A DNA stretch of 33,570 nt from an uncultured Anaerolineae bacterium (GCA_965370895.1 CBDUWJ010000002.1:1-33570); one strand, 5' to 3'; shown: positions 23,289-30,847, counted from the first letter of the stretch. Numbers and translations are program-made. The notes: generated from the sequence alone by a model not told the origin.

Positions 23289-24431
23289 CTACCCGATTCG
23301 CTCTTCCAGGAGGGCAATGACCGTATCAAGCTTCTCAAAGAGCTGCCGCCAGAGCTCCTCGTGTGGTGAGGGTGGTGGCGGCGGTGGTGGTGGCGGTGGA
23401 GGGGGCTCGCCGCCAGGCATAAACCCGAGCGTAACATCCAGGTGGCGGGGGGTGCCCAACACTCGCCCCAGCCCGATTACTGCATCGCTGTTCCCCGCGG
23501 ATCCCTTCACGAGGGCCAGGTATGGCCCTCGGCCGGGTACGGGATACTTGGAATCGGTCTCCAGCGGGAAACGCGCCGCGCCATCAGCGCCGGTTTCCAG
23601 GGCATGACCTGCCGTTCCATCCCAGCGTCGGAAGGACACAGGGATGCCCTCCAGTGGATTCCCTTGCTCATCCAGGACCGTGATCTTACATTCGTGGATG
23701 TCCACGACCTCACGGAGTTCGGCCAAGCGGTAAGCGTCAGGTTCAGGAGATGCATGATGCTCCACTGTCCCGAAGAGATGCTCCAGCCAGGCCACGTCTC
23801 GCGGTTGACCATCTTTGTCAATGATGTCAAAGCCTGGGGAGGGAGGAGGTGGCGGCGGTGGGGGTGGTGGTGACGGCGGCGGTGGCGGCGGTGGAGGTGA
23901 CGGCGGTGGTGGTGGTGACGGCTCCTCCAACTCTTCCAGCCGATAGGCAACGTCCAGGTGGCGGTGGTTGGTGGCCCCCAACATGCCCAACCCGCTCAAA
24001 AAGTCGGCTGGGCCTGACTCATCAGCCACCCACACGGCACTGGCCCCCACGTTGGGGGGAAAGTAGTAGTCGCCATGCCCCATGCCAAAGCCGATGTCAC
24101 CTTCTGCCTTGGTCTCGCCGTACACTCCCCTGTCGCGCCACATGCTGGTGGGCGCTGGCCACGATGGTAGCTGGGGTGCATCTGGCCAATGGCGGACGAC
24201 CTTGATCCCTTGGAGGGGATTGGCATCTTGGTCCGCCACCTGCACAACCTGGGCCGCTGGCCCTTCGCTGTCTTGCAGTGCTACGATGCGGTATACGCGA
24301 CTTACCCCTTCAGGAGCATCAGCCCGCTCCAGGGTGATGGCCCCAAAGTTGGCGACGAGCCAATCCCAATCCTGTTCTTGTCCCTGCTGATCAAAGATCT
24401 TGGGCTTATCCACTGGTGTCCTCTCTTTCAT
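23289..24431 (-). CDS. Two-module beta-sandwich (CarboxypepD_reg-like) protein with polyproline linkers and a C-terminal amphipathic helix tag; function unknown
   Basis: The start is assigned to the ATG at 24431 (MKERTPVDKPKIF), 19 nt after the upstream stop. The longer track ORF would overlap the upstream gene. Module 1 contains DWDWLVANFGAI...VQVADQDANPLQGIKV...GLGMLGATNHRHLDVAYRL. Module 2 contains DVAWLEHLFGTV...ITVLDEQGNPLEGIPV...GLGRVLGTPRHLDVTLGF. The first linker is PSPPPPPSPPPPPPPPSPPPPPPPPPPSP (23835-23921). The second linker is P12-SP (23364-23405). The tail is EELWRQLFEKLDTVIALLEERIG. No signal peptide is present. Confidence 0.7.
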   Translation of the reverse strand: MKERTPVDKPKIFDQQGQEQDWDWLVANFGAITLERADAPEGVSRVYRIVALQDSEGPAAQVVQVADQDANPLQGIKVVRHWPDAPQLPSWPAPTSMWRDRGVYGETKAEGDIGFGMGHGDYYFPPNVGASAVWVADESGPADFLSGLGMLGATNHRHLDVAYRLEELEEPSPPPPPSPPPPPPPPSPPPPPPPPPPSPGFDIIDKDGQPRDVAWLEHLFGTVEHHASPEPDAYRLAELREVVDIHECKITVLDEQGNPLEGIPVSFRRWDGTAGHALETGADGAARFPLETDSKYPVPGRGPYLALVKGSAGNSDAVIGLGRVLGTPRHLDVTLGFMPGGEPPPPPPPPPPPPSPHEELWRQLFEKLDTVIALLEERIG

Positions 24432-24450
24432 CCCAGGCGGCAGGTACCAC

Positions 24451-25428
24451 CTAGAGCCTCTCACGTGCCAGGACGACGATCCGATCCACGCGCTCCAGGA
24501 CCTCAGCCCACAGGGCGTCTTCGTCAGGAGGTGGAGACGGACACGGTTCTTGCAGGCGATACACAGGGGTGGCCTGTTGGGCCAAGGCCCCGGCCAAATC
24601 GGGCCAGATGTCATAGCTCTTCCATTGCCAATCAGTCGTGCTGCAGCAGTAGATGGCTGCCCCCGCGACATAAGGGTCTTTCAGTAGCTCGGCATCGTAC
24701 CAGGCCAACTGCTGGAGATACCGCTGAGCGTCTCCTTCATGAAGGACCCTCCAACCACGCGGTGGATGTCCTCGCTCAATGAGGCCGTCAAGTCCGCATT
24801 CCGTGATGAGCAGCGGTAGGGCTTTCAGGTTCTCGGGTAGTCCCTCCCAGTTGTGCTCTGGCTCGCCGTCGTACACCTTGCGGTGGCGGAGCAGGTGCCA
24901 TGGCCACTTGTGATCCAGGGAGGGCCAGGCATATTCGTGAAGGGCCAGCGCGCCGCCGTATTGAAGGGCAGTTTCCAATGCCGGCAAAAAGTCCTGCCAG
25001 TAGACCAATTCCGGATTGCCCACCGAAAAGCTGCCCACAACCACGCTGCAACCGTGGCTGTCCATGATCCGTACCCGCTCCGCCTCAAAGTCGGCGTAGC
25101 GCGCCATGGCCTGAGAAGAGTCAATAGTCGGCTCGTTGACGCCTTGCCAGTAACTGTAGGTTTCGCCCATGCGCTCGGCCCAAGGCAAGATCTTGTCGCA
25201 GTGATCCTGAGCAGCCACCAAAGGGTCGAGGGTTGGGTTGTTAAAGTCAGGCTCGAACTCCTGGAAAACGCGTCCCACAAACGTGGTCTTGGGCGATGCG
25301 GCTTTGACGTGATGCCACACCTCGCTGTGATCGAGAATCACGACAACGGGTGGCTCCCACTCCTGGATGGCCTCGGGCAGCCCTCCGACTGTCGTGTTCA
25401 CGTGAGCCCCCAATAGACTGTAACCCAT
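24451..25428 (-). CDS. Clan GH-A (GH5-like) TIM-barrel glycoside hydrolase with a C-terminal Pro spacer plus amphipathic helix tag
   Basis: AAGGAGG lies 9 nt upstream of the ATG. The acid/base motif is WQGVNEP (E99). An HxY motif is present in LALHEY. The nucleophile motif is LLITECG (E210, 111 residues after E99). The tail is PSPPPDEDALWAEVLERVDRIVVLARERL. No signal peptide or TM helix is present. Confidence 0.72.
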   Translation of the reverse strand: MGYSLLGAHVNTTVGGLPEAIQEWEPPVVVILDHSEVWHHVKAASPKTTFVGRVFQEFEPDFNNPTLDPLVAAQDHCDKILPWAERMGETYSYWQGVNEPTIDSSQAMARYADFEAERVRIMDSHGCSVVVGSFSVGNPELVYWQDFLPALETALQYGGALALHEYAWPSLDHKWPWHLLRHRKVYDGEPEHNWEGLPENLKALPLLITECGLDGLIERGHPPRGWRVLHEGDAQRYLQQLAWYDAELLKDPYVAGAAIYCCSTTDWQWKSYDIWPDLAGALAQQATPVYRLQEPCPSPPPDEDALWAEVLERVDRIVVLARERL

Positions 25429-25547
25429 CTCGCAGGTCCTCCTTTACCGCTGTGCTCTGTCGTATGCCACCTGATATCCCCAGACAAACCGCGTGGCGAG
25501 AGTCTCAGGACGCAGTGCAAGCGCACCTTCTCACTGGATCAAGCTTG

Positions 25548-25576
25548 ATTATACCCTAAAAGCAAAGAATTGTAAA
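25548..25576 (-). promoter_or_regulatory. Candidate promoter for the GH/proline-rich bicistron
   Basis: The reverse strand reads TTTACA (25576-25571), then 17 nt, then TATAAT (25553-25548). It lies about 115 nt upstream of the ATG at 25428. Confidence 0.5.
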
Positions 25577-25666
25577 GCTTTGACCTAGAGTGGGTTGATT
25601 CAGTACAGGCCAGAACGATTGTGCGCTGTTCCTCGGGGCTCGCGGGTGCATCTGAGGGTTCGCTTC

Positions 25667-25695
25667 TTGTCAAGGGTGACAAAACAGGGTACAAT
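25667..25695 (+). promoter_or_regulatory. Candidate promoter for trxB
   Basis: TTGTCA (25667-25672), then 17 nt, then TACAAT (25690-25695). It lies about 37 nt upstream of the ATG at 25733. Confidence 0.5.
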
Positions 25696-25732
25696 ACGGC
25701 TCGGAATTATCCTGGGTATTAAGGGTGGAGTC

Positions 25733-26680
25733 ATGGAAAAAGTAATCATCATTGGCAGTGGACCCGCTGGCTACGCTGCGGGGATCTATACGGCGCGGGC
25801 ACAGTTGGAGCCGCTCCTTTTCGCCGGGCCCGCGCTGGGTGGGCAGGTGGCCATCAGCAGCGAGATCGGCAACTATCCTGGCTTCCCCGAGGACATCAAC
25901 GGCGCTGAACTGGCGCAGTTGATGCAAAAGCAGGCCGAGCGATTTGGCACTCGCATTGAGATGGACATTGTCACCAGCGTGGATGTGTCGTCGCGGCCGC
26001 TCAAGGTTGTGACCTACGGCGGGGAGCACGAAACGCAAGCGCTCATCGTGACTAGTGGGGCTTCCCCCCGCAAGCTGGGTATCCCTGGCGAAGAGGAGCT
26101 CTCCGGGCGGGGGGTGTCCTACTGCGCAACGTGTGATGGGTTCTTTTACACGGGCAAGGAGATCGCCATGGTCGGCGGGGGCGACGCGGCCGTGGAGGAA
26201 GCGGTGTTTCTTACTCGCTTTGCCTCCAAGGTCAAGCTCATCCACCGGCGGGATCAACTGCGGGCGGAAAGGTTGCTCCAAGAGCAGGCCTTTCGCAACG
26301 AAAAGCTCGAGTTTGTTTGGGACACGGTCGTGACCGAGATCGTGGGCGAGGGTTCTGTCTCAGGACTACAACTGCGCAATGTGAAAACGGGCGTGGAGAG
26401 CCTGCTACCCATAGAAGGCGTGTTCATTGCCGTTGGCTATGTGCCAAACACCGGTTTCCTGGATGGGCAGATAGCCCTGACCGACCGGGGCTATATCATG
26501 GCCGGCGACGATGGGCAGACCAGCATGGAAGGTGTTTGGGCCGCTGGGGATGTATGCGACTGGACCTATCGCCAGATCGCTACATCGGTGGGAGCTGGGT
26601 GCAAGGCTGCCCTGCAAGTGGAACACTATACTGCCAGATTGGAAGACCGCGTCTATCCGGGCCAGACGACGCTGGGATAA
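25733..26680 (+). CDS. trxB: Thioredoxin-disulfide reductase
   Basis: The ATG at 25733 follows AAGGGTGGAG. The FAD motif is VIIIGSGPAGYAAGIYTAR. The redox-active site is SYCATCDGFFY (CATC). The NADPH motif is VGGGDAAVEEAVFLT. The 46-aa upstream extension in the ORF track is not supported. Confidence 0.95.
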   Translation: MEKVIIIGSGPAGYAAGIYTARAQLEPLLFAGPALGGQVAISSEIGNYPGFPEDINGAELAQLMQKQAERFGTRIEMDIVTSVDVSSRPLKVVTYGGEHETQALIVTSGASPRKLGIPGEEELSGRGVSYCATCDGFFYTGKEIAMVGGGDAAVEEAVFLTRFASKVKLIHRRDQLRAERLLQEQAFRNEKLEFVWDTVVTEIVGEGSVSGLQLRNVKTGVESLLPIEGVFIAVGYVPNTGFLDGQIALTDRGYIMAGDDGQTSMEGVWAAGDVCDWTYRQIATSVGAGCKAALQVEHYTARLEDRVYPGQTTLG

Positions 26681-26712
26681 CAAAAAAACAAGAACTGTTG
26701 AGGGAGAAACAC

Positions 26713-26922
26713 ATGGCTACCATTACAAAAGAGATGGCTATTGGCGAGGTGGTGCAGGACTACCCGCAGACCATTGAGGTCTTTATGAACCACGGCTTGA
26801 TGTGCTTTGGCTGCGCCATCGCCCGTTTCGAGAACGTGGAACAGGGCGCGATGGCCCACGGCATCAGCGTGGATGCGTTGGTGACAGACCTGAACGCAGC
26901 CGTACCTCAAGCCAGCCAATAA
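26713..26922 (+). CDS. DUF1858 / hybrid-cluster-protein-associated redox disulfide family small protein (69 aa)
   Basis: MATITKEMAIGEVVQDYPQTIEVFMNHGLMCFGCAIARFENVEQGAMAHGISVDALVTDLN matches the typical pattern of this family, including the CxxC motif (CFGC). GAGGGAG lies upstream of the ATG. The gene is embedded in a longer spurious track ORF (26317-26922). Confidence 0.8.
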   Translation: MATITKEMAIGEVVQDYPQTIEVFMNHGLMCFGCAIARFENVEQGAMAHGISVDALVTDLNAAVPQASQ

Positions 26923-26934
26923 CCAACTACCAAT

Positions 26935-26960
26935 ATCGAATACCCAAATCGAATATCCAA
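26935..26960. repeat. 13-nt tandem repeat (ATCGAATACCCAA / ATCGAATATCCAA) in a locally AT-rich intergenic island
   Basis: Read directly from the sequence. Twelve of 13 positions are identical, and a partial third unit TATCCA follows. A 9-bp inverted match pairs AATACCCAA (26939-26947) with TTGGGTATT (26994-27002). Confidence 0.85.
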
Positions 26961-27021
26961 TATCCAGATGACCAGAGTCTAGGGGTTCGGTTGTTGGGTA
27001 TTGGGGATGAGGAGCTGAACA

Positions 27022-28191
27022 ATGTGGTTCTTTCGAAGCCCGGAGATCATCTTTGGCGAGGATTCGCTGGAACGTCTGGCAGAAATCCAGGGCCACAGAG
27101 CTTTCATCGTCACCGACGAGAACATCGTCGCGCTGGGGTTCGTGGAGACGGTCGAGGCCAAGCTCTCCGAGGCCGGCATCGAAGCGGCCGTCTTTGCGGA
27201 GATTGAGCCCAATCCCTCCCTGCAGACCGTGCAGCGAGGTGCCGAGGCAGCCTTGGCCTACGAGCCGGATTGGATCATTGGCCTGGGAGGCGGCTCGTGC
27301 CTGGACGCCGCCAAATCAATCTTTATCCTCTACGAGAGACCTGATCTCACGCCGGACGGTGTCGCCCCCACGGGCCGACTGGGGTTGCGCCAGAAGGCAC
27401 ATCTCATCGCTATCCCCACCACCAGTGGCACCGGTGCCGAGACTACATGGCCCATTGTCCTCAGCGACACAGTCGAGCACCGCAAGGTGGTGGTGGGCCA
27501 CGCGGAAAACATCCCCGATATTGCCATTGTGGACCCCATGTTTGTGCTTCGCCTGCCGGCACAGATTACCGCCGATACCGGCATGGATGTCCTGACCCAC
27601 GCGGTGGAGGGCTACACTTCCCAATGGCGCAATGACTTTGCCGACGGCCTCTGCCTCAAGGCGATCCAGCTCGTGTTCGACTACCTGCCCCGGGCCTGGC
27701 AAAAGGGCGGTGACGACCCAGAAGCCCGCGAAAAGATGCACAACGCTGCCACCATCGCCGGACTGGGCTTTGGAAACTCGCAGGCCGCCATGGCCCACGG
27801 GATGGGGCACTCGCTAGGCGCAGTCCTGCCCGTGCCGCACGGGCGGGCCGTGGGCTTGTTCCTGCCTTACACCATCGAGTTCACCGTCCGAGGCTACCTG
27901 CCCACCCGTTATGCGGAGATCGCTCGCTTCTTGGGCCTGCCTGCGGCCGACGAAGCCGAGGCGGCAGCCAACCTGGCAGAGGCGATCCGTGATCTGGCCC
28001 GTCGCATCGACCAGCCTCTGTCGCTGCAAGAGGCCGGTATCTCACCGGAAGACTTTGAAGCTCAACTGCCCAAGCTGGTTGACAATGCGCTCAACGACAG
28101 TGCTATGGTCATTGGACTTCGTTTCCCAGACGACGAAGAGGTTGAGCTGGCATATCGCTACGCTTTTGAGGGCAAGTCTATCGATTTCTAG
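27022..28191 (+). CDS. Iron-containing (group III) alcohol dehydrogenase
   Basis: GAGGAG lies 8 nt upstream of the ATG. Matching segments are AFIVTDENI, GLGGGSCLDAAK, IAIPTTSGTGAE, DPMFVLRLPAQITADTGMDVLTHAVE and AMAHGMGHSLG (metal-binding His residues). Confidence 0.9.
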   Translation: MWFFRSPEIIFGEDSLERLAEIQGHRAFIVTDENIVALGFVETVEAKLSEAGIEAAVFAEIEPNPSLQTVQRGAEAALAYEPDWIIGLGGGSCLDAAKSIFILYERPDLTPDGVAPTGRLGLRQKAHLIAIPTTSGTGAETTWPIVLSDTVEHRKVVVGHAENIPDIAIVDPMFVLRLPAQITADTGMDVLTHAVEGYTSQWRNDFADGLCLKAIQLVFDYLPRAWQKGGDDPEAREKMHNAATIAGLGFGNSQAAMAHGMGHSLGAVLPVPHGRAVGLFLPYTIEFTVRGYLPTRYAEIARFLGLPAADEAEAAANLAEAIRDLARRIDQPLSLQEAGISPEDFEAQLPKLVDNALNDSAMVIGLRFPDDEEVELAYRYAFEGKSIDF

Positions 28192-28247
28192 TGAGGACAG
28201 GCTCCTGCCAGGCTGAGAATCTGGCAGAAGTTGTGCTCTTGACTGTG

Positions 28248-28281
28248 GCGCGAGCCGCACCATGCGGCTCGCGCTTTCTAT
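28248..28281 (+). terminator. Rho-independent terminator after the alcohol dehydrogenase gene
   Basis: The 12-bp stem is GCGCGAGCCGCA (28248-28259) paired with TGCGGCTCGCGC (28263-28274), with a 3-nt loop, followed by TTTCTAT. Confidence 0.65.
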
Positions 28282-28287
28282 GCCGCA

Positions 28288-28316
28288 TTGCGTTATTCTT
28301 CTATCTGTGCTATAAT
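28288..28316 (+). promoter_or_regulatory. Candidate promoter for the AOR gene
   Basis: TTGCGT (28288-28293), then 17 nt, then TATAAT (28311-28316), with an extended -10 TGC. It lies about 65 nt upstream of the ATG at 28382. Confidence 0.5.
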
Positions 28317-28381
28317 CGGGCTCGTTGTGCAGCGGAGCACAAAGCCGTCTCCGCAATTTACCCACCGGAGGAGATCACAAC

Positions 28382-30229
28382 ATGAGTGGATACATGGGAA
28401 AGTTGCTGGTCGTGGACCTGACCAGCGGAGAACTCAAGGACGAGCCGCTGGACCCCACACTTGCCCGCGATTTTGTCGGCGGGGCGGGATACGCGGCTCG
28501 ATACCTGTATGACGAACTAGGGCCGGACACCGATCCTCTGGGACCCGCAAACACGCTGATGTTCATGACCGGTCCGCTGGTGGGCACACGCGCGCCATCG
28601 TGCGGACGGCACGAGGTATGTGCCCTCTCGCCCCTGACTGGCATCTGGGGCGAATCCAACTCGGGCGGCTTTTGGGGTGCTGAGCTGAAATTCTCAGGGT
28701 ACGACGGCATTGTCGTCAGGGGGCGCTCAGAGAGGCCGGTCTGGTTGTCGATCGTCGAGGGTCAGCCCCCGGCCCTCCACGACGCCGCCGGCCTGTGGGG
28801 CCTGGACACCTACGAGACCCAGCAGCGCCTGCGCGAGGAACTGGGCGACCAGAAGGCACGGGTGGCCAGCATTGGACCAGCGGGGGAGAACCTGGTGCTC
28901 TATGCTGCCATCATGAACGACCACGGGCGAGCAGCGGGACGCACCGGGATGGGCGCGGTGATGGGCTCTAAAAACCTCAAGGCCATCGTTGTGCGGGGCA
29001 AACGGCGTGTCCCCCTGGCCGACGCAGAGGCCTTCCGCCAGACGGTCAAGCAGGCGGTCAAGGTCGTCGCGGATGATATCTCCTCCCAGGTCTACCAGCA
29101 GATGGGCACTGCCTCTTTCGTGGACATGAGCATCATGTGGGGCAATATGCCCAACAAGTATTGGAGCCAAGCCCGTTTTGAGGAAGCCACCAACCTGAGT
29201 GGCATTGCCATGATGGAGACGATCCTGACTCGTTCGGTGCCGTGCTACGGGTGTGCGGTGGCCTGCGGCAGGGAAGTGACGCTGAAAGACACGCCCTATG
29301 GCGTAGAGGTCGTGGATGGGCCAGAGTACGAGACGGTTGGCATGTTAGGCTCGATGCTGCTGGTGGACGACCTGCCGGGCGTGGCGTATGCCAATCACCT
29401 ATGTAACCGCTACGGCCTGGACACCATCAGCGCTGGCTCGGCTATTTCCCTGGCCTTTCTGCTATATGATCGGGGTTTTATCTCTGCAACCGACACCGGT
29501 GGTTTGCCGCTCAGGTGGGGCGACATCGAGACGGCCCACACCCTCCTGGAGATGATCGCTCAGAGGGAAGGGTTTGGGGATGCGCTGGCCGACGGCGCGA
29601 AACGCCTGGCCGCCCGCTATGGAGCCGAAGATCTGGCGGTGCACGTCAATGGGTTGGATTTGCCGGCCCACGACCCCCGTGCTCTGTCAGGCATGGCCGT
29701 GGTCTATGCCACGTCGCCTCGCGGGGCCTGCCACATGCAGGGCGACATGTACGCCGTTGACATGGGCATGACACTCCCGGATGTGGGTATCTATCCTGGT
29801 GGGCGTTTCAAGACGCGCGGCAAAGCAAAGATCGCGGCCAAGGTCCAGGACTGGCGCACGGTTTACAACAGCGCCATCATGTGCGTCTTTGTCAACCCGA
29901 CGCCGCCGGTGCTGGTCAGATTGCTATCGGAAGCCACCGGCTGCTCGTCGGACATTGTGTGGTGGCAGCGCACCGGCGAGCGGATCTTTGACCTGAAGCG
30001 GGCGTTCAACAATCGCCTGGGTGTGCAGCGGGGCAACGATCGCTTGCCCGAGAGATTGCTCATTCCCATGTCCAACGGTTCAAGGGGGCGGACGCCGCGC
30101 ATGGAGATGTTGATGGAAGAGTACTATGCCCACCGCGACTGGGACTGGGAGACGGGCAAACCCTCCCGGGAGAAGCTGGTCAGCCTGGGACTTTTGGAGG
30201 TTGCCGAGGATCTGTGGGGGGGATCGTGA
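28382..30229 (+). CDS. aor: Aldehyde:ferredoxin oxidoreductase (tungsten/molybdopterin AOR family)
   Basis: The ATG at 28382 follows GGAGGAG. The typical N-terminus is GKLLVVDLTSGELKDEPLDP...FVGGAGYAARYLYDE...MFMTGPLVGTRAPSCGRHEVCALSPLTG. The [4Fe-4S] motif is CYGCAVAC (CxxCxxxC), with a distal Cys in PRGACHMQGD. Confidence 0.92.
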   Translation: MSGYMGKLLVVDLTSGELKDEPLDPTLARDFVGGAGYAARYLYDELGPDTDPLGPANTLMFMTGPLVGTRAPSCGRHEVCALSPLTGIWGESNSGGFWGAELKFSGYDGIVVRGRSERPVWLSIVEGQPPALHDAAGLWGLDTYETQQRLREELGDQKARVASIGPAGENLVLYAAIMNDHGRAAGRTGMGAVMGSKNLKAIVVRGKRRVPLADAEAFRQTVKQAVKVVADDISSQVYQQMGTASFVDMSIMWGNMPNKYWSQARFEEATNLSGIAMMETILTRSVPCYGCAVACGREVTLKDTPYGVEVVDGPEYETVGMLGSMLLVDDLPGVAYANHLCNRYGLDTISAGSAISLAFLLYDRGFISATDTGGLPLRWGDIETAHTLLEMIAQREGFGDALADGAKRLAARYGAEDLAVHVNGLDLPAHDPRALSGMAVVYATSPRGACHMQGDMYAVDMGMTLPDVGIYPGGRFKTRGKAKIAAKVQDWRTVYNSAIMCVFVNPTPPVLVRLLSEATGCSSDIVWWQRTGERIFDLKRAFNNRLGVQRGNDRLPERLLIPMSNGSRGRTPRMEMLMEEYYAHRDWDWETGKPSREKLVSLGLLEVAEDLWGGS

Positions 30230-30699
30230 GCGATTCGACTGACTGTATCACGGCCTCACAAGTGCGCCCAGAGGATCGCGGTCTGATGGCAGTCTGCGTG
30301 CGCGGTATGTAGAACCCTCACGCGATGACGCTCACCACCGCCCGCGCCTCGCAGGAAAGCCTTCGGACGACCTTTGCGGCCGAGCGGGCTCGGGTGCAGG
30401 CACGGCTGGTACGCAGGAGGAGTTGGGGATGTGCTGAACTGCCGTTCTTGGGATCAGCCAAAGGGCGGAGTGATATGGCGGGGGCTACGCTCCCGCTCAG
30501 AACGAGACCCTCTCGCAGATTCGTGTCTGTGGGAGGGTTTGTGATCCTGGCCACTGGCCGATCCGGCGTCAGAGTCGATGCCTGCACCGCCCACGTTGAC
30601 GAGATGTCGCTTTGCTGTGCCGGCAGCTCTCCCACCGGGCCTGCGCCTCAGTCCAGCACCTCTATCTCATATCGACACTGTTTCTCATGGAAATGAAGT

Positions 30700-30728
30700 T
30701 TGTCAAGAATGCTGTCTTGAGGTATACT
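30700..30728 (+). promoter_or_regulatory. Candidate promoter for the GT2 / radical SAM-SPASM (and possibly cytochrome c) unit
   Basis: TTGTCA (30700-30705), then 17 nt, then TATACT (30723-30728). The predicted leader of about 115 nt contains the palindrome TGGGCAgTGCCCA (30780-30792) and a third TGCCCA half-site at 30804-30809. Confidence 0.42.
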
Positions 30729-30847
30729 GATGTTACAGGTTGTTATAGCACGATGACTGATGTCGATTGTCCAGGCTCCTGGGCAGTGCCCACTCTTGGG
30801 CCTTGCCCAGTCCAAGGGCCTGACATGTTACGACGAGGGGTACCAGA

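Noticed and set aside
23364-23921. G-rich GGN-type low-complexity DNA on the plus strand, considered as a microsatellite, contingency locus or G-quadruplex element.
   Set aside because: It is the reverse complement of mixed CCN proline codons in a coherent ORF. The units are not identical, and the G-runs are mostly 2-3 nt, so slippage or G4 formation is not specifically supported.
24432-24671. An 80-codon upstream extension of the proline-rich protein ORF (track start 24671).
   Set aside because: It would overlap the last 220 nt of the GH gene in another frame. The ATG at 24431, 19 nt after the GH stop codon, gives a compact operon arrangement. The Shine-Dalgarno sequence there is weak, so the exact start remains uncertain.
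30531-30586. A cobalamin-riboswitch-like string (GGGAGGGTTTGTGATCC..GCCACTGG and AGTCGATGCCTGCA resembling the B12 box).
   Set aside because: The conserved GC.G.CCCGCCACTGT core and the paired elements are incomplete. The B12-box match is short by 2 nt. The element sits upstream of the predicted promoter of the next gene rather than in a 5' UTR.
30476-30696. A 73-aa Cys-containing small ORF (MAGATLPLRT...SLCCAGSS...RHCFSWK) considered as a possible RiPP precursor for the nearby radical SAM/SPASM enzyme.
   Set aside because: It uses AGA, TCT and TCA codons repeatedly, unlike the confident genes in this window. It lies upstream of the candidate promoter and is separated from the radical SAM gene by the GT2 gene. 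No leader or core architecture is recognisable.
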